DNA of 64,000 nt from a virus (lineage: Duplodnaviria; Caudoviricetes): the IMG/VR virus record IMGVR_UViG_3300025168_000078, positions 1,949 to 65,948 of that record; one strand, given 5' to 3'. The notes beneath the pieces were generated by a model. It searched no databases. It was not told the DNA's origin and saw only the letters and a list, made by a program, of their open reading frames with translations. Numbering within the stretch: position 1 is the first letter of the stretch; every line of letters starts with the position of its first letter. A program made the translations under genes and the position numbers. Positions 8,340-17,813 of the stretch are shown in pieces.

Positions 8340-9732
8340 CTATTATTGTTTGTGTTGTGTCAGTTAATCTATCAAGTGGTATATTATCTTCATTATAAGT
8401 AATGTTAGGTATTTTTGCTAAATTTTCAAGGACTTCCGGCTTAGGTTGTTGTTTTATAATTTTTAAGATTTCCTCTTGGGTACGGAATAACACCTTTGTT
8501 TCTATATGGTCTATGTTCTTTTTCTCCTGCTCATAGTGTAACCCATCATTACCATTTTGTCCTATTATGTTCATTCGCTTTTCTGCCTCTAGCATTAGCT
8601 CATCTTCTTTATTCTTTATATCCTCTGGAATGTTATCAAATTCTTCTAGTGGGTTTTCTTCACCTGTTAGTTCTTTGTAATATGGATTTAATTCACCTGT
8701 TTGTGGGTCGTGTGTTGGTATGTCTATTTGAGTTTTAGGGTAATGTTTATCAACGAATTGTGGGTAGGTTAAATCGTCTAGTGGTTCTTCTTTAATAAAT
8801 TCAATATACTCCTGTAAATCACTAAAGTACTCTTCGTTAACTTCTTCCTCAACTTCTTTATATTTTTCCACATCCTTTTTTAGTTTGTCGTTTGGTGGTT
8901 GTGGGTTGTCTAAATCAAAATCTATTTCTGGTTTTCTTATTTGAGCGAATGCCATATTGGCGGCTACAACTAGTGCGATTGCTAGTGGGTCAAATACAAA
9001 TATAATAAGTAATAAGAACCAGTTAACAACTTGATTCATTGGGTACCCGGTTGTCTCAGCTAAATATTTTAATGGTCCTAATTCACTTTCAGCTTCATTA
9101 GATACTTCTTTGTCTAATAAAGTTATGTCAGTTTTATTAATAGAATCCATTACAGCTTCTATTTTAATATTGATGTTGTCTCTATCGGTAATTGTGGTTT
9201 TTAATTCTGCTTGTAGTGCTCTTCTAGCTGAACTAGATGTTGATGTGATAACTGTTTCAGAATTTTTATCATACCATGATACTTGTTGTGGGTTAGATAA
9301 TGATATTCTTAAATCTGAAATAGATTTGTTTATTTGATTTTTCTCAATAGTTAAGTCTTCTTTTGTTTCTTCAAACCTATCTTGTTTCTGTTCTAGAATT
9401 AGAAGTGATTTATCTAATAGCTCTGATTGGGTTGCTGTTGATTGGTAAGCTCCTGATAAGAATCCATATATACCTCCTGATGTAATTATCATAAGAACAA
9501 AACAAGCAATCGCTAAATAAGTTCTTAACCATTTATTTATAGTGTCCCAGTATTGGTATAGTAGGGAAGCTACTACTAGTTTAGCAAACTCTAATGAACC
9601 TGCCATAATAATTACTTGTGTACTCGCTCCCGCGAATAACTTACTTAATCCGAATACCGAATAGAACGCTGCACTACCTGAAACAGCTAACGCGGATAGT
9701 GCTATTAATAGTGGAAATAATCTTTTTTTCAT
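8278..9732 (-). CDS. multi-TM coiled-coil membrane protein (DUF4407-like topology)
   Basis: Three N-terminal TMs, long coiled coil, ELGPLKY, TM with FVFDPLA, acidic tail. Confidence 0.75.
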   Translation of the reverse strand: MKKRLFPLLIALSALAVSGSAAFYSVFGLSKLFAGASTQVIIMAGSLEFAKLVVASLLYQYWDTINKWLRTYLAIACFVLMIITSGGIYGFLSGAYQSTATQSELLDKSLLILEQKQDRFEETKEDLTIEKNQINKSISDLRISLSNPQQVSWYDKNSETVITSTSSSARRALQAELKTTITDRDNINIKIEAVMDSINKTDITLLDKEVSNEAESELGPLKYLAETTGYPMNQVVNWFLLLIIFVFDPLAIALVVAANMAFAQIRKPEIDFDLDNPQPPNDKLKKDVEKYKEVEEEVNEEYFSDLQEYIEFIKEEPLDDLTYPQFVDKHYPKTQIDIPTHDPQTGELNPYYKELTGEENPLEEFDNIPEDIKNKEDELMLEAEKRMNIIGQNGNDGLHYEQEKKNIDHIETKVLFRTQEEILKIIKQQPKPEVLENLAKIPNITYNEDNIPLDRLTDTTQTIIDDTQHPNKTNTKQKLTYKGR

Positions 9733-9752
9733 TTATCTTTTAATGATAAATA

Positions 9753-10553
9753 TTAATCAGTAAGGTATTCTAACAGCTGGTAGCTCTCATTTCTTAATTT
9801 TCTTAAGGCTTTTTCTTTAATTTGTCTTACTCTTTCTTTAGTTAGACTCAGTTCATCACCAATATCTTGTAGTGTCATCGGTGGTGTCCCATGTATGCCA
9901 TAATAATCAATAACTATATTTCTTTCCCTTTCATCTAAATTACTCATTAATTTAAATAATTCGTCTTTAAGACTTACCTCGTCAGCAAAAATATCTTCAG
10001 GGTTATCAGCATTTTTATTCTCAAGAATGTCAACTAATGTATCACCTTCATCATTAATTGGTTTGTCGTAGTTGAATGTTTTTGGTAGTAAAGCTAGTTT
10101 ACTTGACATCACCTCTATTTCTTCACCAATTTTCTTTTTTTCTCTATGTAGTTCTTGAATTATATTTACCGGTAACCTGATTGTTCTTGCGTTCTCATTT
10201 AAACATTGTAATATGGATTGTTTAACCCACCAAACAGCGTAAGATATAAACCTAAATCCTTTATCCCAATCAAAATTCTTAATTGCTTTTAACAAACCTA
10301 AGTTTCCTTCCGCTATCAAATCACTCAATTCAATTCCTTGTCCTTGGTATTCTTTTGCGACACTAATTACAAATCTAAGGTTGCCTTCTAACAATTCTTT
10401 ATTAATATCATCAATGACTTCTACTGGGGTTTCCTTGTTTGCTATTAATTTAGCTAATTCTTTTTCTCTAGCGGGTGTTAAAACTTTTATTTTTCTAACA
10501 TCTTTTAGGTAGTGAGATATTTCTTGTTGGTTTATGAATGTATTTTTTGCCAT
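9753..10553 (-). CDS. RNA polymerase sigma-70 factor (RpoD/SigA family, Bacteroidetes-like)
   Basis: Region 2 NLRFVISVAKEY...DLIAEGNLGL...GFRFISYAVWW; region 4 MTLQDIGDELSLTKERVRQIKEKALRKLR; no region 1.1. Confidence 0.95.
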   Translation of the reverse strand: MAKNTFINQQEISHYLKDVRKIKVLTPAREKELAKLIANKETPVEVIDDINKELLEGNLRFVISVAKEYQGQGIELSDLIAEGNLGLLKAIKNFDWDKGFRFISYAVWWVKQSILQCLNENARTIRLPVNIIQELHREKKKIGEEIEVMSSKLALLPKTFNYDKPINDEGDTLVDILENKNADNPEDIFADEVSLKDELFKLMSNLDERERNIVIDYYGIHGTPPMTLQDIGDELSLTKERVRQIKEKALRKLRNESYQLLEYLTD

Positions 10554-10604
10554 TTATTATTCTTTTAATTATTAATACTACAATTAGTGTACCATGACAT
10601 ATTA

Positions 10605-10621
10605 ACTGACTTTTTGTCAGT
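10605..10621. promoter_or_regulatory. inverted repeat ACTGAC-N5-GTCAGT (operator-like)
   Basis: Palindromic arms in the 5' region of the sigma gene. Confidence 0.55.
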
Positions 10622-10638
10622 ATATTGTCTTTACGGCA

Positions 10639-10670
10639 CAAAGATAATAAATAACTTTTAAACTAACAAA
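10639..10670 (-). promoter_or_regulatory. Bacteroidetes -33/-7 promoter TTTG-N20-TATCTTTG
   Basis: Exact match to the TTTG-N19-21-TAnnTTTG consensus upstream of the sigma gene. Confidence 0.7.
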
Positions 10671-10677
10671 TAATTTA

Positions 10678-11055
10678 CTAGGAAATAAGGTAAGGTTTTA
10701 AGGCTTTTAAAGCTTCTTCTGAATTATCAAAAAAGTATTCTTTTAATTCTTCTGGGATTACTAGGTCTGGGATAGCTAAACTTCTATATATTTTCACACC
10801 AACATTGTCCTCTATTTCAATCAAAGGAACATACCCAATTGCTGGTATGTCTTTTGATATATCTAGGAACTCCCATCTATTATCGGCTTCTTCTGACGTT
10901 CTCTTGGGTCTACCGTTTTCATCATTTTCTACTGTTATAGATTTGACCATAAAAGGTATTTTATTTTCGGATAATATTTTTTTTAACTCATCACAGTCAG
11001 GACACCCATCTTCACTGAATACCGTTAATTTATATTTTTGACTATCTAATTTCAT
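10678..11055 (-). CDS. glutaredoxin/NrdH-like redoxin
   Basis: VFSEDGCPDCDELKKIL and YVPLI (cis-Pro) motifs. Confidence 0.8.
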   Translation of the reverse strand: MKLDSQKYKLTVFSEDGCPDCDELKKILSENKIPFMVKSITVENDENGRPKRTSEEADNRWEFLDISKDIPAIGYVPLIEIEDNVGVKIYRSLAIPDLVIPEELKEYFFDNSEEALKALKPYLIS

Positions 11056-11061
11056 ATTATT

Positions 11062-11607
11062 TTATTTATTAAATTTATTTAAGAATTCTTTTTCTTCTAT
11101 TGTTAAACTACCCATTCCTTCATCAATAATTTTATCTAAAAGACAATCTAAAGTAAATGGTCGTAGTATTTTAGATGGTTGTGGGTTCGTGTTTTTTACC
11201 ATTTTATTTACTTTTGACTCTACTATCATTCTTAGTTGTTTAGATATTTTTTCTGCCAAAGCTGGGTCTATGTTGTGAGGTGGCCTCATCTTACCTGTGT
11301 TACCAAAAAGATGTTGTTCTAAAATACCGTCTAGTCTATAAGCTAACTTTCTTGGTTTAGGCATTAAAAAAAATGTACTAATATAAGGTGTTAGGAATTC
11401 TTTAAGCATGTCATCAATCTCTTCAAACGACATTTTAGATTTTATACACATTATCATTACATGGTCCCCAGTTATAAAACTAAATTCATCATGTAATACT
11501 ATGCTTTCCATTAAATCCTTAATGTTGTTAAATATATCTGAATTTTTTTCTACTTTGGTCCAATTACCAAACATAAATAAAAGATATTTTTTAATGTTGT
11601 TTCCCAT
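11062..11607 (-). CDS. hypothetical protein with C-terminal DUF6576-like motif
   Basis: LDCLLDKIIDEGMGSLTIEEKEFL at the C-terminus. Confidence 0.65.
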   Translation of the reverse strand: MGNNIKKYLLFMFGNWTKVEKNSDIFNNIKDLMESIVLHDEFSFITGDHVMIMCIKSKMSFEEIDDMLKEFLTPYISTFFLMPKPRKLAYRLDGILEQHLFGNTGKMRPPHNIDPALAEKISKQLRMIVESKVNKMVKNTNPQPSKILRPFTLDCLLDKIIDEGMGSLTIEEKEFLNKFNK

Positions 11608-11623
11608 ATACTATAAATATTTA

Positions 11624-13948
11624 TTAAATTGTAGAAATATTTTTTTCTTTATTTATTGTTATTATGTTGTCTGACCATTCCCTAACTAAGGGATTGTGTG
11701 TGATTAAGAATATATTTTCAAAATAATCTTTAACTCTACTAAAGAAAAGCCCAACCTGGTCTAAATTTTCATTACTTACTTTACCTAAAACCTCATCAAA
11801 TACTGTTATATTAGGTCTGGGTAAACAAGATACTTTGGTTAGGACGGTTCTAATAGCCAATGAAGCTAAGGTTTTTTCAAAACCACTACCAGTAGAAAGA
11901 AGTTTTTCTACACCACTGTCATTATCTACCATCCAAAACTCCACCTCATTTTTATCGTTTACTCTTATTTCTACCATAAAGTTAGTTACATCCGACAAAA
12001 GTCTCATTAGTTCAGAATTAAGTTTGGGTACTACACTTTTTACTATTGTTTTTATTATTCCATTTTTACCAAATACTGTTAAATAAGCTCTGAAAATTTC
12101 TTCTACTTCATTTTCTTTTTTAATTTTATCTATTTTATTTTTATCTTCTAGAATTATTAACTCACAATTACTTATGTTGTTATTATTTCCCTCTATGGAC
12201 CTAACTAGATTATCTTTATCGTTGATTGATTTGTCTATGGTGGAGTTTATGGTTAGTATTTCTTTTTCTAACCTACTGTTGTTTTCTAGTCTTTCTTTAT
12301 TTTCTTTCCACTTACTTAATTTATTTTTTAGTTTTTCCACCACAAGTTCTTTTTGTCCAACTTCCAGAGTCAGTCTTTCTTTTTTTAGTATTTCTTTTTC
12401 ATACTCATCAAATACTATTTTTTTTGTGGTTAGTTCTTCTATTTTATTATTAAATAATTTTAATTTTTCTTTATCTTGTTTTATGTCATTCTTTAAAAAA
12501 TTATTTTCTTTTTCTAGTTTTTTTATTTCTTTAGTGTGGTCTACATCTTTAATTGTTTGTTTACATAGTGGACAGATTTCAGACTCTTTTAGGTTTTCTA
12601 GAGTTTTTTCTAAATTTTTTAAATTTATTTTATCTTTAATGTGTTTAGTATTTAAGTCGTCCCTCTCTAATGTATCCCCCCTTAGTAATTCTAGGTCTAC
12701 TTCTACAGGAATTTCTCTATCCCCATAAACTTTTAATTTTAGATTTAAAGTGTCTAATAATGATTTTTCAGACACTATAGTTTCTTCAATAAGTCTGGGG
12801 TTAACATTTTGAATCTCTGTATCAATGTCAGTTATTTTCTGACTCATTAAAGTATCCCTTAAATTATTATTATTTTTTAATTCTTGGGTGATTATTTTTA
12901 ACTTATCTTTATTATCAATATTTTTTTCTAGAAGGTTGGTTTTCTCTTCGTTCTGTCTTTTTATATTCTGTTTTAAATCCTCAACGTTATAAACATTGGA
13001 AATTAGCTTCTTGGACCATTCAGAATACATTTTTTTACATTTAACTTCTTTTTCTTTTAGTATTTCTAGCCCTATAAATCTACTTAGGATATCACCTCTT
13101 TCTGTGGGTTTGGAGTCTATTAAGGATTCTAGGTTTCCGGCGGTGGTCAGTACTGTTAATAAGAAATCATTCATAGTACCTATAGACTCTTTTATAAATT
13201 TTTCGGTTTCTCGTCTTTGCTCTCCAGTAAAATTTTGTAAAGACCCGTCTTTTTTTCTTTCTAAAAATTCTAGGCTTGTACTAACAGACCAGTCCCCCTT
13301 TTTTGTTTTCTTCCTTTTAATTTTTCTAAGTATTATATAATCAGCACCATCTATCTCTACCTCACCTTGTACTAACACTTCATTAACTTTTTTAAATCTA
13401 TTAAATATTTCACTAGCTTTTGTAGTTCTAGTGGTAGAGTTAAAAAATAAGAATAGTATAAGGTCTACCGCTAAAACTGTCTTACCACCAAAGTTTGATG
13501 GGTTTGAGTCAACTACTGTTATTCCCCCTAGTTTATCAAAATCTATCCTGTTATTCTCCCCAAATGATAGAAAATTAGAAAATTTTATATTTTTTATGTA
13601 TACTCTTTTGTACTTGGTGTCATTTTCCACTTCATCCGCTATTTTTGCGTTTACCTTATCATCTAATCTCTTTAATAGGTCAAGGTTTACCATAATATCA
13701 TTTGCCATAACAAATTGTGACATTAGGTTTCTTTGGTAGGACATGTCCATAACATTTTGTTCTAAATCAATGTCTAGTTCTTCACCAGATTTTCTATCTA
13801 TGGTTCTAGTAAGAACTGTTACGTTTTTAGAATTGTATTTATTTTGGAAGTAACTTCTTACTCGTTTAATCCTTTCTTGTGTAAAATTTTCTGGTGCATC
13901 GTCCCATGTTACCTTAATAAAGGGATTTTCTAATTTATCTATTTCCAT
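11624..13948 (-). CDS. sbcC: SbcC/Rad50 (T4 gp46-like) SMC ATPase
   Basis: NFLSFG, Walker A NFGGKT, Zn-hook CPLC within coiled coil, SGFE signature, Walker B VFDE, LITH. Confidence 0.92.
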   Translation of the reverse strand: MEIDKLENPFIKVTWDDAPENFTQERIKRVRSYFQNKYNSKNVTVLTRTIDRKSGEELDIDLEQNVMDMSYQRNLMSQFVMANDIMVNLDLLKRLDDKVNAKIADEVENDTKYKRVYIKNIKFSNFLSFGENNRIDFDKLGGITVVDSNPSNFGGKTVLAVDLILFLFFNSTTRTTKASEIFNRFKKVNEVLVQGEVEIDGADYIILRKIKRKKTKKGDWSVSTSLEFLERKKDGSLQNFTGEQRRETEKFIKESIGTMNDFLLTVLTTAGNLESLIDSKPTERGDILSRFIGLEILKEKEVKCKKMYSEWSKKLISNVYNVEDLKQNIKRQNEEKTNLLEKNIDNKDKLKIITQELKNNNNLRDTLMSQKITDIDTEIQNVNPRLIEETIVSEKSLLDTLNLKLKVYGDREIPVEVDLELLRGDTLERDDLNTKHIKDKINLKNLEKTLENLKESEICPLCKQTIKDVDHTKEIKKLEKENNFLKNDIKQDKEKLKLFNNKIEELTTKKIVFDEYEKEILKKERLTLEVGQKELVVEKLKNKLSKWKENKERLENNSRLEKEILTINSTIDKSINDKDNLVRSIEGNNNNISNCELIILEDKNKIDKIKKENEVEEIFRAYLTVFGKNGIIKTIVKSVVPKLNSELMRLLSDVTNFMVEIRVNDKNEVEFWMVDNDSGVEKLLSTGSGFEKTLASLAIRTVLTKVSCLPRPNITVFDEVLGKVSNENLDQVGLFFSRVKDYFENIFLITHNPLVREWSDNIITINKEKNISTI

Positions 13949-13954
13949 ATGTTA

Positions 13955-13983
13955 AATATCGTATATTTATTAATATAAATCAA
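13955..13983 (-). promoter_or_regulatory. TTGATT-N17-GATATT promoter-like element, 6 nt before sbcC ATG
   Basis: Same geometry as the other promoters of this class. Confidence 0.45.
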
Positions 13984-13989
13984 TATGAA

Positions 13990-14805
13990 GTGAAGATAGT
14001 AATTAAAGAAGAACAATATAAGTTTCTAGTTGAGTCTAGTAGATTATGGCCTACGGGAGAGATGGATATCGATGTGGAAACCTTACCTAATTCCCCCGTA
14101 GTTCCTGGTGGCAACCCATTCACCCGTTTTTTATCTAATACCGTACCTGAAGTAGTAGAGTGGTTTAGAAAATTGGAGATGGATGAATTAGATAAGGCCT
14201 CATTATCTTACCTTAGTCGTACTAATATTAAATTATTTATAAAAGGTTTTAATTTATTCCAAAAATATAATTCAAAAGCAAAATATAAGCAAGTATCTGG
14301 TGAACCTAATATTACACCATTACCAACCTCTAGTATATATACTGGTAGTGATGGTATAATTAATAGTTACTACCAAGCAAAAAGATTCGGGAGAAAACAT
14401 CATGGTGTCGACCTTAATACACAAGGAGATGTTAACCGTCAACCTATTGTTGCGACATGTAGTGGTGTTGTAACACAATCAAAGTATGGTGTTGGTGCTT
14501 GTGGTGGGATGGTAACTATGATGTGTGATGGTGGTAAATTCGTACAGTATTGTCATTTAGGTTATGTAATACCGGCACGGGTTATTAGAGGAGTGTCCGT
14601 CCCTCAAGGATTCCCATTAGGTATTAGTGGTGGTGAAGGACATGTAGACGGTGAGGGCAAGGCTGGTAGAAGTAGTGGTGCACACCTACATTATTCGATA
14701 TTAGATGGTTCTGGTAATTCTCTTAACCCACATAATTTATACCCAAAATTATTCCCTGGACCTACAACACCAAAAAGTATGAGTGGTGGGCCTAAGGGTC
14801 ACTAG
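13990..14805 (+). CDS. M23 family metallopeptidase
   Basis: HHGVD (HxxxD), YCHL and SSGAHLHY (HxH) motifs; GTG start. Confidence 0.9.
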   Translation: MKIVIKEEQYKFLVESSRLWPTGEMDIDVETLPNSPVVPGGNPFTRFLSNTVPEVVEWFRKLEMDELDKASLSYLSRTNIKLFIKGFNLFQKYNSKAKYKQVSGEPNITPLPTSSIYTGSDGIINSYYQAKRFGRKHHGVDLNTQGDVNRQPIVATCSGVVTQSKYGVGACGGMVTMMCDGGKFVQYCHLGYVIPARVIRGVSVPQGFPLGISGGEGHVDGEGKAGRSSGAHLHYSILDGSGNSLNPHNLYPKLFPGPTTPKSMSGGPKGH

Positions 14806-15800
14806 TTAAAGTACTTTTTAAAGTGTTTGTTTTTATATTTTTCTAATTTACTATATAGTTTACCATTTTTACTACCTTTTATATCATCCATTAAACTTTT
14901 TAATTCTTGTTTAGTTCGTGGCATTAAACTATTCATTATTTCGGTGGGTATTGTGGTTGTCCCCCAATATGTAAATGTTTGGATATACCCTAGATTTACC
15001 CCTATATCTTTATTAATGAGTGTGTATGTGGATTTATTCTTTAAAAACATCAATACTCTAACAAAAAACGAATCTATTATACTTTTAGTTTTTACCTTAA
15101 TATAAGTGGTGTTTTCATCTTTAAATTTGGTGAACTCTTCTATCGTTTTCATTTCTAAAAACTTATTTTTAATCTCTCTTAGTCTTTTCTTAGTTATCTC
15201 TTTATCATTTTCTAATTGTAGTATCATGGTTGACATGCCATTAAAATGAAGATAGTTTAAAGGTGTTTGTTTAATTGTTTTACCTTTTTTAAATATATTA
15301 GATGAAAAAATAACGTCCTCAAACCCCCAATAATAAGTTTCATCATAACCGCCAATCTCATTAAATTTACTCCTCTCCATAACTAACGGAACTTCCTTTA
15401 GGTAATCTGTGTGTGATACAACTTTATATGGTTTTGCGTTGGTGTATAATTCTGGACTAGTAGCGTATACGTGGTCGTTTAACTGGTTGGTGGTTTTTAT
15501 TACCCAATTATAATCTAACATCTCACAATCGTCATGAAATATAGCAATATATTTATATTTTGCGTGTTTCACCCCACAATTAAAGGCTTTGGGTAGGTGG
15601 TATGGTTCTGATTTTATTACTTTTATATTGTCAGTTTCATTAATTTTAAATTTGTTATTTGGGTTATTGTCAACTACTATAATTTCCACGTCCCACCCAT
15701 TTAATGTTTTAGTGGTGTTTATAATACTTGGGATTGTTCTTTTTTTAACGAACTCGTTATTAAATGTGTTTATTATAATACAGGAAATAGTTTTATCCAT
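14802..15800 (-). CDS. glycosyltransferase family 2
   Basis: EIIVVDNN, AFNCG, FHDD, IGGYDE, WGFED. Confidence 0.88.
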   Translation of the reverse strand: MDKTISCIIINTFNNEFVKKRTIPSIINTTKTLNGWDVEIIVVDNNPNNKFKINETDNIKVIKSEPYHLPKAFNCGVKHAKYKYIAIFHDDCEMLDYNWVIKTTNQLNDHVYATSPELYTNAKPYKVVSHTDYLKEVPLVMERSKFNEIGGYDETYYWGFEDVIFSSNIFKKGKTIKQTPLNYLHFNGMSTMILQLENDKEITKKRLREIKNKFLEMKTIEEFTKFKDENTTYIKVKTKSIIDSFFVRVLMFLKNKSTYTLINKDIGVNLGYIQTFTYWGTTTIPTEIMNSLMPRTKQELKSLMDDIKGSKNGKLYSKLEKYKNKHFKKYFN

Positions 15801-17006
15801 TTACCAACCCTCCTTAATAGATTCTACAATATACTCTCTTTCTTCTTTGGTTAACCACCACCCAACAGGAATGGAGACCATCTTATTAACTAGTTTGTCA
15901 ATATTAGGTAAGTTTACTTTATATTGACTAACACATGAGTGTTTATCATTCCTTTCGTGAATCCTACTTACCATAATTTCTTTTCTTTTCATTAACTCTA
16001 TAAAACTTTTTTGCCTTTCTACTTTTATTGTGTAAACCCAATGTGAAGAACTGTTATTACCATTCTCGAATACTTCAACATCTTTTATATTTTTTAATTC
16101 TTCAGTGTAGTATGACGCATTTTGTCTATGTTTTTCTATAATAGTCTCTATATGGGGTAAATTACTTAAACCTATAGTTGCACAAACATCATTCATATGA
16201 AATTTAAACCCCCACTCTTCTATATTATTTTCACACCTAAAATCTTTAGTGTTTTCTTCTCTATCAATACCATACCACCTTAACAGTTTAGCTCTTTTTA
16301 GTGACCTGTTATCTGGTAAAATTAAACACCCACCATCTACTGATGTTAGATGTTTAATAGCTTGGAAGCTGTACACAACAAAATTATCGTGGTTAGTACT
16401 ACCTAATTTTCTACCTTTGTAAGTTGACCCAAAAGCATGTGCAGCATCTTCAATAACTACCGGTCTAAATCCGTACTTTTCTTTACAAACATCCTTTATT
16501 CGTTCAACACTATCTAAATCTATTGGGCTTCCACCCCAATGCACTAACATTATAATTTTAGTCTTTGGGGATAGTTTGTGTTCTAAATCTTCTAAGCACA
16601 TATTACATGTGTCGAGGTTAGCGTCTACCCATTTTATCTCCAAACCATTAGCTAGAATTGGCCAATTTGTGGCGGTACAAGTTAATGGACACGTTAACAC
16701 TTCATCACCAGGATTTAATCCAGGCCATTCACTTAATTGTGGTGCGTGTTTATATGTATTTTCAATAAGATTATTGGGTTTTTTTAGCATGTGTATCGCT
16801 AAATGTAAGGCTGACGTTGCTGAATTTAAAACTACTAGATTTTTGTTCCCAAAATATATTTTTAATTTATCTTCAAAGTCTTTTACTTTTTTACCTTCCC
16901 CCACAAACCCAGACATTAAAACCTCTCCCACATTTTTAGGTGCGGTATTAGACATGAAAACTTTAAATAGTGGTATTGGTTTATGTATAGATATTAATTG
17001 ACTCAT
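15801..17006 (-). CDS. DegT/DnrJ/EryC1/StrS PLP-dependent sugar aminotransferase
   Basis: NSATSALHLA, IEDAAHAFG, SFQAIKHLTSVDGG. Start placed at 17006 from promoter position (track gives 17024). Confidence 0.93.
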   Translation of the reverse strand: MSQLISIHKPIPLFKVFMSNTAPKNVGEVLMSGFVGEGKKVKDFEDKLKIYFGNKNLVVLNSATSALHLAIHMLKKPNNLIENTYKHAPQLSEWPGLNPGDEVLTCPLTCTATNWPILANGLEIKWVDANLDTCNMCLEDLEHKLSPKTKIIMLVHWGGSPIDLDSVERIKDVCKEKYGFRPVVIEDAAHAFGSTYKGRKLGSTNHDNFVVYSFQAIKHLTSVDGGCLILPDNRSLKRAKLLRWYGIDREENTKDFRCENNIEEWGFKFHMNDVCATIGLSNLPHIETIIEKHRQNASYYTEELKNIKDVEVFENGNNSSSHWVYTIKVERQKSFIELMKRKEIMVSRIHERNDKHSCVSQYKVNLPNIDKLVNKMVSIPVGWWLTKEEREYIVESIKEGW

Positions 17007-17012
17007 GTATAA

Positions 17013-17041
17013 AGTATAAACCATTATAAAACATAAATCAA
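17013..17041 (-). promoter_or_regulatory. TTGATT-N17-TATACT promoter, 6 nt before ATG
   Basis: Read directly. Confidence 0.6.
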
Positions 17042-17050
17042 ATTTTATCT

Positions 17051-17362
17051 TTAGTCCTTTGGTGGTCTGTTCTCTTCAAACCACTCAATTATTGCGTTTA
17101 GTGCCCATACTGACCCTGAAGCTAACATACCATCAAAAAATATATTTGTGTATGGTATTGTAATCATTGTTATTGTTGGTGAGTAGAATGCTATAGCAAA
17201 GAAAAACCCTACCCATGTAGAGGTACACATCATACACCCCAGTAGGTCACCAAAAAAAGTAGAATGTCTAGTTATCCAATCTCTCGGTGTGTCGAATATT
17301 GACCCAAATACCAAAATTTGAGACATTCCATAAGCTGCTAAAATCCATATAATTGTTTCCAT
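17051..17362 (-). CDS. DUF1360-like membrane protein
   Basis: TM helices with LLGCMMCTSTWVG (CxxCxxxW). Confidence 0.65.
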   Translation of the reverse strand: METIIWILAAYGMSQILVFGSIFDTPRDWITRHSTFFGDLLGCMMCTSTWVGFFFAIAFYSPTITMITIPYTNIFFDGMLASGSVWALNAIIEWFEENRPPKD

Positions 17363-17366
17363 AATA

Positions 17367-17813
17367 TTAATCTAAATAGGGGTCTTGTAAGTTAGATGAT
17401 TTTAAATGAGTTGTTCTTCTATTTACTGTAACATTTTTAAAATGTTCTAGGACATCATCTTGTTCTTTTATTTTATTTTTTTGTTTTTTATTTATCACTT
17501 CTTGTTCACGTAATTGTTCTTTTAAAATTTTTAACTCTGAAATTAACTGTTCATTATCTACTTCCCTAGTTATTATTTTTTCTACTATAACTTCTTTTTC
17601 TACTATAACTTCTTTTATTACTTCTTTTATTACTTCCTTTTCTACGGGTACTTCTTGAATTTGTGATTTTGGTAGGAAGGGTGACACACCGTATTTATCT
17701 AAGGTTAGTCCGTCCTTGGTACATTTAACAATAAATTCATCGATTTCTTCAATGCCATTCAATTTACAGTATTCTGTAAATTCCTTTTTTAATTTATTAT
17801 TAATCTCAACCAT
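17367..17813 (-). CDS. hypothetical protein with KEVI/VEK repeats
   Basis: EKEVIKEVIKEVIVEKEVIVEK followed by coiled coil. Confidence 0.75.
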   Translation of the reverse strand: MVEINNKLKKEFTEYCKLNGIEEIDEFIVKCTKDGLTLDKYGVSPFLPKSQIQEVPVEKEVIKEVIKEVIVEKEVIVEKIITREVDNEQLISELKILKEQLREQEVINKKQKNKIKEQDDVLEHFKNVTVNRRTTHLKSSNLQDPYLD

